Shown here piece by piece: positions 60,463 to 64,000 of a DNA stretch of 64,000 nucleotides. This DNA comes from Eledone cirrhosa (taxonomy: Eukaryota). The DNA lies in contig OZ024756.1 in assembly GCA_964016885.1 (NCBI GenBank), positions 30,256,001-30,320,000 of the forward strand, in the 5' to 3' direction. Each line of letters starts with the position of its first letter. The first letter of the stretch is position 1. The notes beneath the pieces were generated by a model that worked only from the letters and a program-made list of their open reading frames with translations, was not told the origin of the DNA and ran no database searches. A program made the translations under genes and the position numbers.

Positions 60463-60863
60463 CAATAACAATAACATTAAATAATGAAATAAAAACAAAT
60501 GAACCCGTATACTAATATACATGCTTCTGTTTTCTCCAATATTCACGTCTTCCCTTATATAAATCTTATATGTCTTCTATACAATTACGTTTTATTTTTT
60601 TCTTACTGAAATATTTTTCTATGTAAACTCATAAGCAGTGTTTATTTAACATTAAACAAAGGTATTTATTAGTGCCGCCGAAAATAGCAATACAATTTTT
60701 TCTTTGCTTTTACTGTAATAAAATGACATTCCACATATATTGTTTATATTTTCTTTATATTTTTTTGTAGCTTTTCAAAGAATACTTTTGAAAGATTTGT
60801 GCGTAGATATTTCTATGCACGTATGTGTGTATGAGTATCTTTGTATCTATCAAGATATGAATG

Positions 60864-60935
<72 letters not shown>

Positions 60936-60939
60936 GTAA

Positions 60940-60995
<56 letters not shown>

Positions 60996-61148
60996 TTACA
61001 TTAGTACAATAAACGTTAAATTGAATGTTTATTTTTATAAACATGCGAGGTTCATAAACAACATACCATATATATGAATATATATGTGTAAATACATACA
61101 CGCCACCACATTCACAGACGCATACACACATCTGTATCTCTCCTTCTA

Positions 61149-61185
<37 letters not shown>

Positions 61186-61578
61186 AGAGAGAAAGGTGAG
61201 AGAGAGAGAGAGTGAGAGAGAGAGTGAAATAGTTACATAGATGTAGTGAGTTCCCTTTCTTCCATTTGTATTTGGAAACATAAACATACATTCATACATA
61301 TATACATACAAACCTACATGCATACATACATTCATATATACACGTATACCTACCTATATACATAACCGTATACTTACATACATATATATTTGCATATTCA
61401 TATCACAAGTGTAAAAGTTTATGTGAAAAAGCAAGTAAAATTAAAAACAAAAACAAAATCTTATTCGAACAAACTTTCAAGCTCAATGTATTTCCACGAT
61501 CATCAAGATAAGTCGCATCAATTCATGACAGATATAATCCGTAAAAGTGTTAGGAAACAAACCTCGAGTAAATAAATC

Positions 61579-62492
61579 CGACAGGTCGTATGTATGCAGA
61601 GGTACAGAGCACACATAATAAATAATAATGGGAGACTAAGGTGAAAAAGTAAAGACATTTTATTTTTCTAACACATGTTTCGACAAATATGAACGACAGG
61701 TCGTATCAATGCTGAGGCACAGAACACTCATACTAATAATACGTCTTGCCAAGATGAACATTTTAAGACATTTTCTTTTTCTAACACATGTTTCTACAAA
61801 GATAGATGACAGGTCATACCAATGCAGAGGTACAGAGCCGAGATGAAAAATGTAAGACATTTTCTTTTTCTAACACGTGTTTCTACAAAGATAGATGACA
61901 GGTCATACCAATGCAGAGGTACAGAGCCGAGATGAAAAATGTAAGACATTTTCTTTTTCTAACACGTGTTTCTACAATGATACACGACAGGTCTTACCAA
62001 TGCAAAGGGACAGAGCCGAGATGAAAAATGTAAGACATTTTCTTTTTCTAACTCGTGTTTCTACAATGATACACGACAGGTCTTACCAATGCAAAGGGAC
62101 AGAGCCAAGATGAAAAATATGAGATATTTTCTTTTTCTAAAACATGTTTCTACTATGATGGCCGACAGGTCATATCATTGGTGAGGCACAGAGCACACAG
62201 AGTAATAATACATCCAGCCAAGATGAAAAAGTAAAGACATTTATTTTCTTAATATTGCCGACAGGTCGTATCAAATAGAAAGGTACAGAGCACACATAAT
62301 TAATAATATTGAGACACTAACCAAGATGACAAATGTAAGACATTTTCTTCTTCTAACACATGTTTCTTCAATCTGGTCAACAGGTCTTATCAATGTTGAG
62401 GCACAGAGCCAAGATGAAAAATTTAAGACATTTATTTTTCTAATACATATTTCTACAAAGATAGACAACAGGTCATATCATCGGTGAGGTAC
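61579..62492. repeat. 89 bp (variant ~113 bp) tandem repeat, ~9 copies
   Basis: GACAGGTC at 61808, 61897, 61986 and 62075; outer units carry an extra ~24 bp. Confidence 0.9.
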
Positions 62493-62591
62493 GTAGTCCA
62501 GCCGATATATTACTATATATATATATATAGATATATATATAAATATATATATAGTAATAATAAATGTGAAGACTAAAATCCGTGTTATTCC

Positions 62592-62731
<140 letters not shown>

Positions 62732-62874
62732 GGTAGACCAAATATCTATTATAAGAACAGATTAAAGTTTTAGCAAATAATAGCTTCTTTCTCCCTTAAT
62801 GGGATCTTCTGAAACTAAAAAGAAAATGCAGAAGATTTCGAAAAACCTTATAACCGAAGGAAAAGAGGAAGGCG

Positions 62875-62926
<52 letters not shown>

Positions 62927-63070
62927 TATATATAACATATATATATATATACATATACATATGCATATACACACACACCCCACTCTCTCTAAGCGTGAAA
63001 CTAATAATATTTGTAACATTTACTCCTGCGTTTGTCTGTTTTTTGTTTTTTGTTTTCTGATATTCCGAAC

Positions 63071-63197
<127 letters not shown>

Positions 63198-63344
63198 GAA
63201 TCCAGATAATTGACTTTTAAAATGGAATTAAATCCATCTAATGTCTATTTATTTTCACTTATCTTTCGACGATTTCCCTTCCAGTGTTTGTCTTTGAGTC
63301 AATACGTAAATATATAACGAACACAGTTTCACTTCTTTATTCTG

Positions 63345-63600
63345 AAATCCTTACTTCCCCATCTTCGTTCGTTCTATCTTTCCTTCCTTCTTTCTTCTCA
63401 CTCTTCCACCCTTCTTTCCTTCCTTCTCCACCTTCCTTCTTTCTTCTTTCCTTCCTTATCCTTCTTCCTCCTCTTCCTCTCTTCTTTCCTTCCTTCTCTA
63501 CCTTCCTTCCTCCTTCTTTGTTTCCTTCTTCCCCTTTTCCTTCCTTCCTTCGTCTTTTCTTTCTTCCTTCCAATCTTCTCTCCTTCCTATCTAACATCCT
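63345..63600. repeat. Polypyrimidine (TTCC/CTT)n tract
   Basis: About 250 bp almost free of purines on the plus strand. Confidence 0.85.
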
Positions 63601-63684
63601 TCCGTCCCAGACTTTTCATTATTTAAACATTAATTTTCTTTTGTAATTGTTTTCATCTGTTTTTCTTCATAATAACCATCAGCG

Positions 63685-63835
63685 TCGTTTTGAGTTCAAA
63701 TCCCGCCGAGGGATTTTGAGTTCATCGTTACGAGGTCGATAAATAAAGTACCAGTAACGTACTGGATCGATTTAGTCAATTTTCCCTTTTCCACCAAAAT
63801 TGCTGGCCTTGTGCCTAAATCAGAAACCATTAATT
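63685..63835 (+). mobile_element. SINE family 1, long form, truncated
   Basis: GAGTTCAAATCCCGCCGAGG..GTCGATAAATAAAGTACCAG..GCTGGCCTTGTGCC. Confidence 0.85.
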
Positions 63836-64000
63836 ATGATTCTACCATATTTCTCATCAATAAAGTATTTTCTTAAATAGTTGTTGTTATTGTTGTTGTT
63901 CTTACTGTTGATATACTTTTTATTTAAGTAGATGAAGTTGTTATTGTTGATTCAGAGATTAAGTAATTCTTGCTGCTGCTGTTGTTATTGTTGTTGTGTT

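Overview
AT-rich, microsatellite-saturated eukaryotic non-coding DNA, probably from an octopod cephalopod (my recollection of octopus-type tRNA-derived SINEs; not database-checked). I can support no intact host protein-coding gene, and almost all listed ORFs are translations of (TA)n, (CA)n, (TATG)n or trinucleotide repeats. Recognisable elements: a decayed mariner transposon with nested SINEs (4297-5481), about 25 SINE copies of two families, RTE-type LINE remnants, hAT and Tc1/pogo MITEs, Helitron-like fragments and four minisatellites. The main signal is roughly ten unrelated families of 100-600 bp inserts sitting inside (TA)n tracts. Many are fold-back palindromes, and at least 11 carry a complete type I hammerhead ribozyme core (CUGANGA-stem II-GAAA-short, often palindromic stem III-NUH). 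Some have unusually long (60-120 nt) stem II arms. The fold-back axes fall repeatedly on the ribozyme, and several families share a downstream ACTC...YGAGTRC motif. This fits Penelope-like (PLE) pseudo-LTR or retrozyme-type elements targeting TA microsatellites. All structures were read by eye and are unvalidated.
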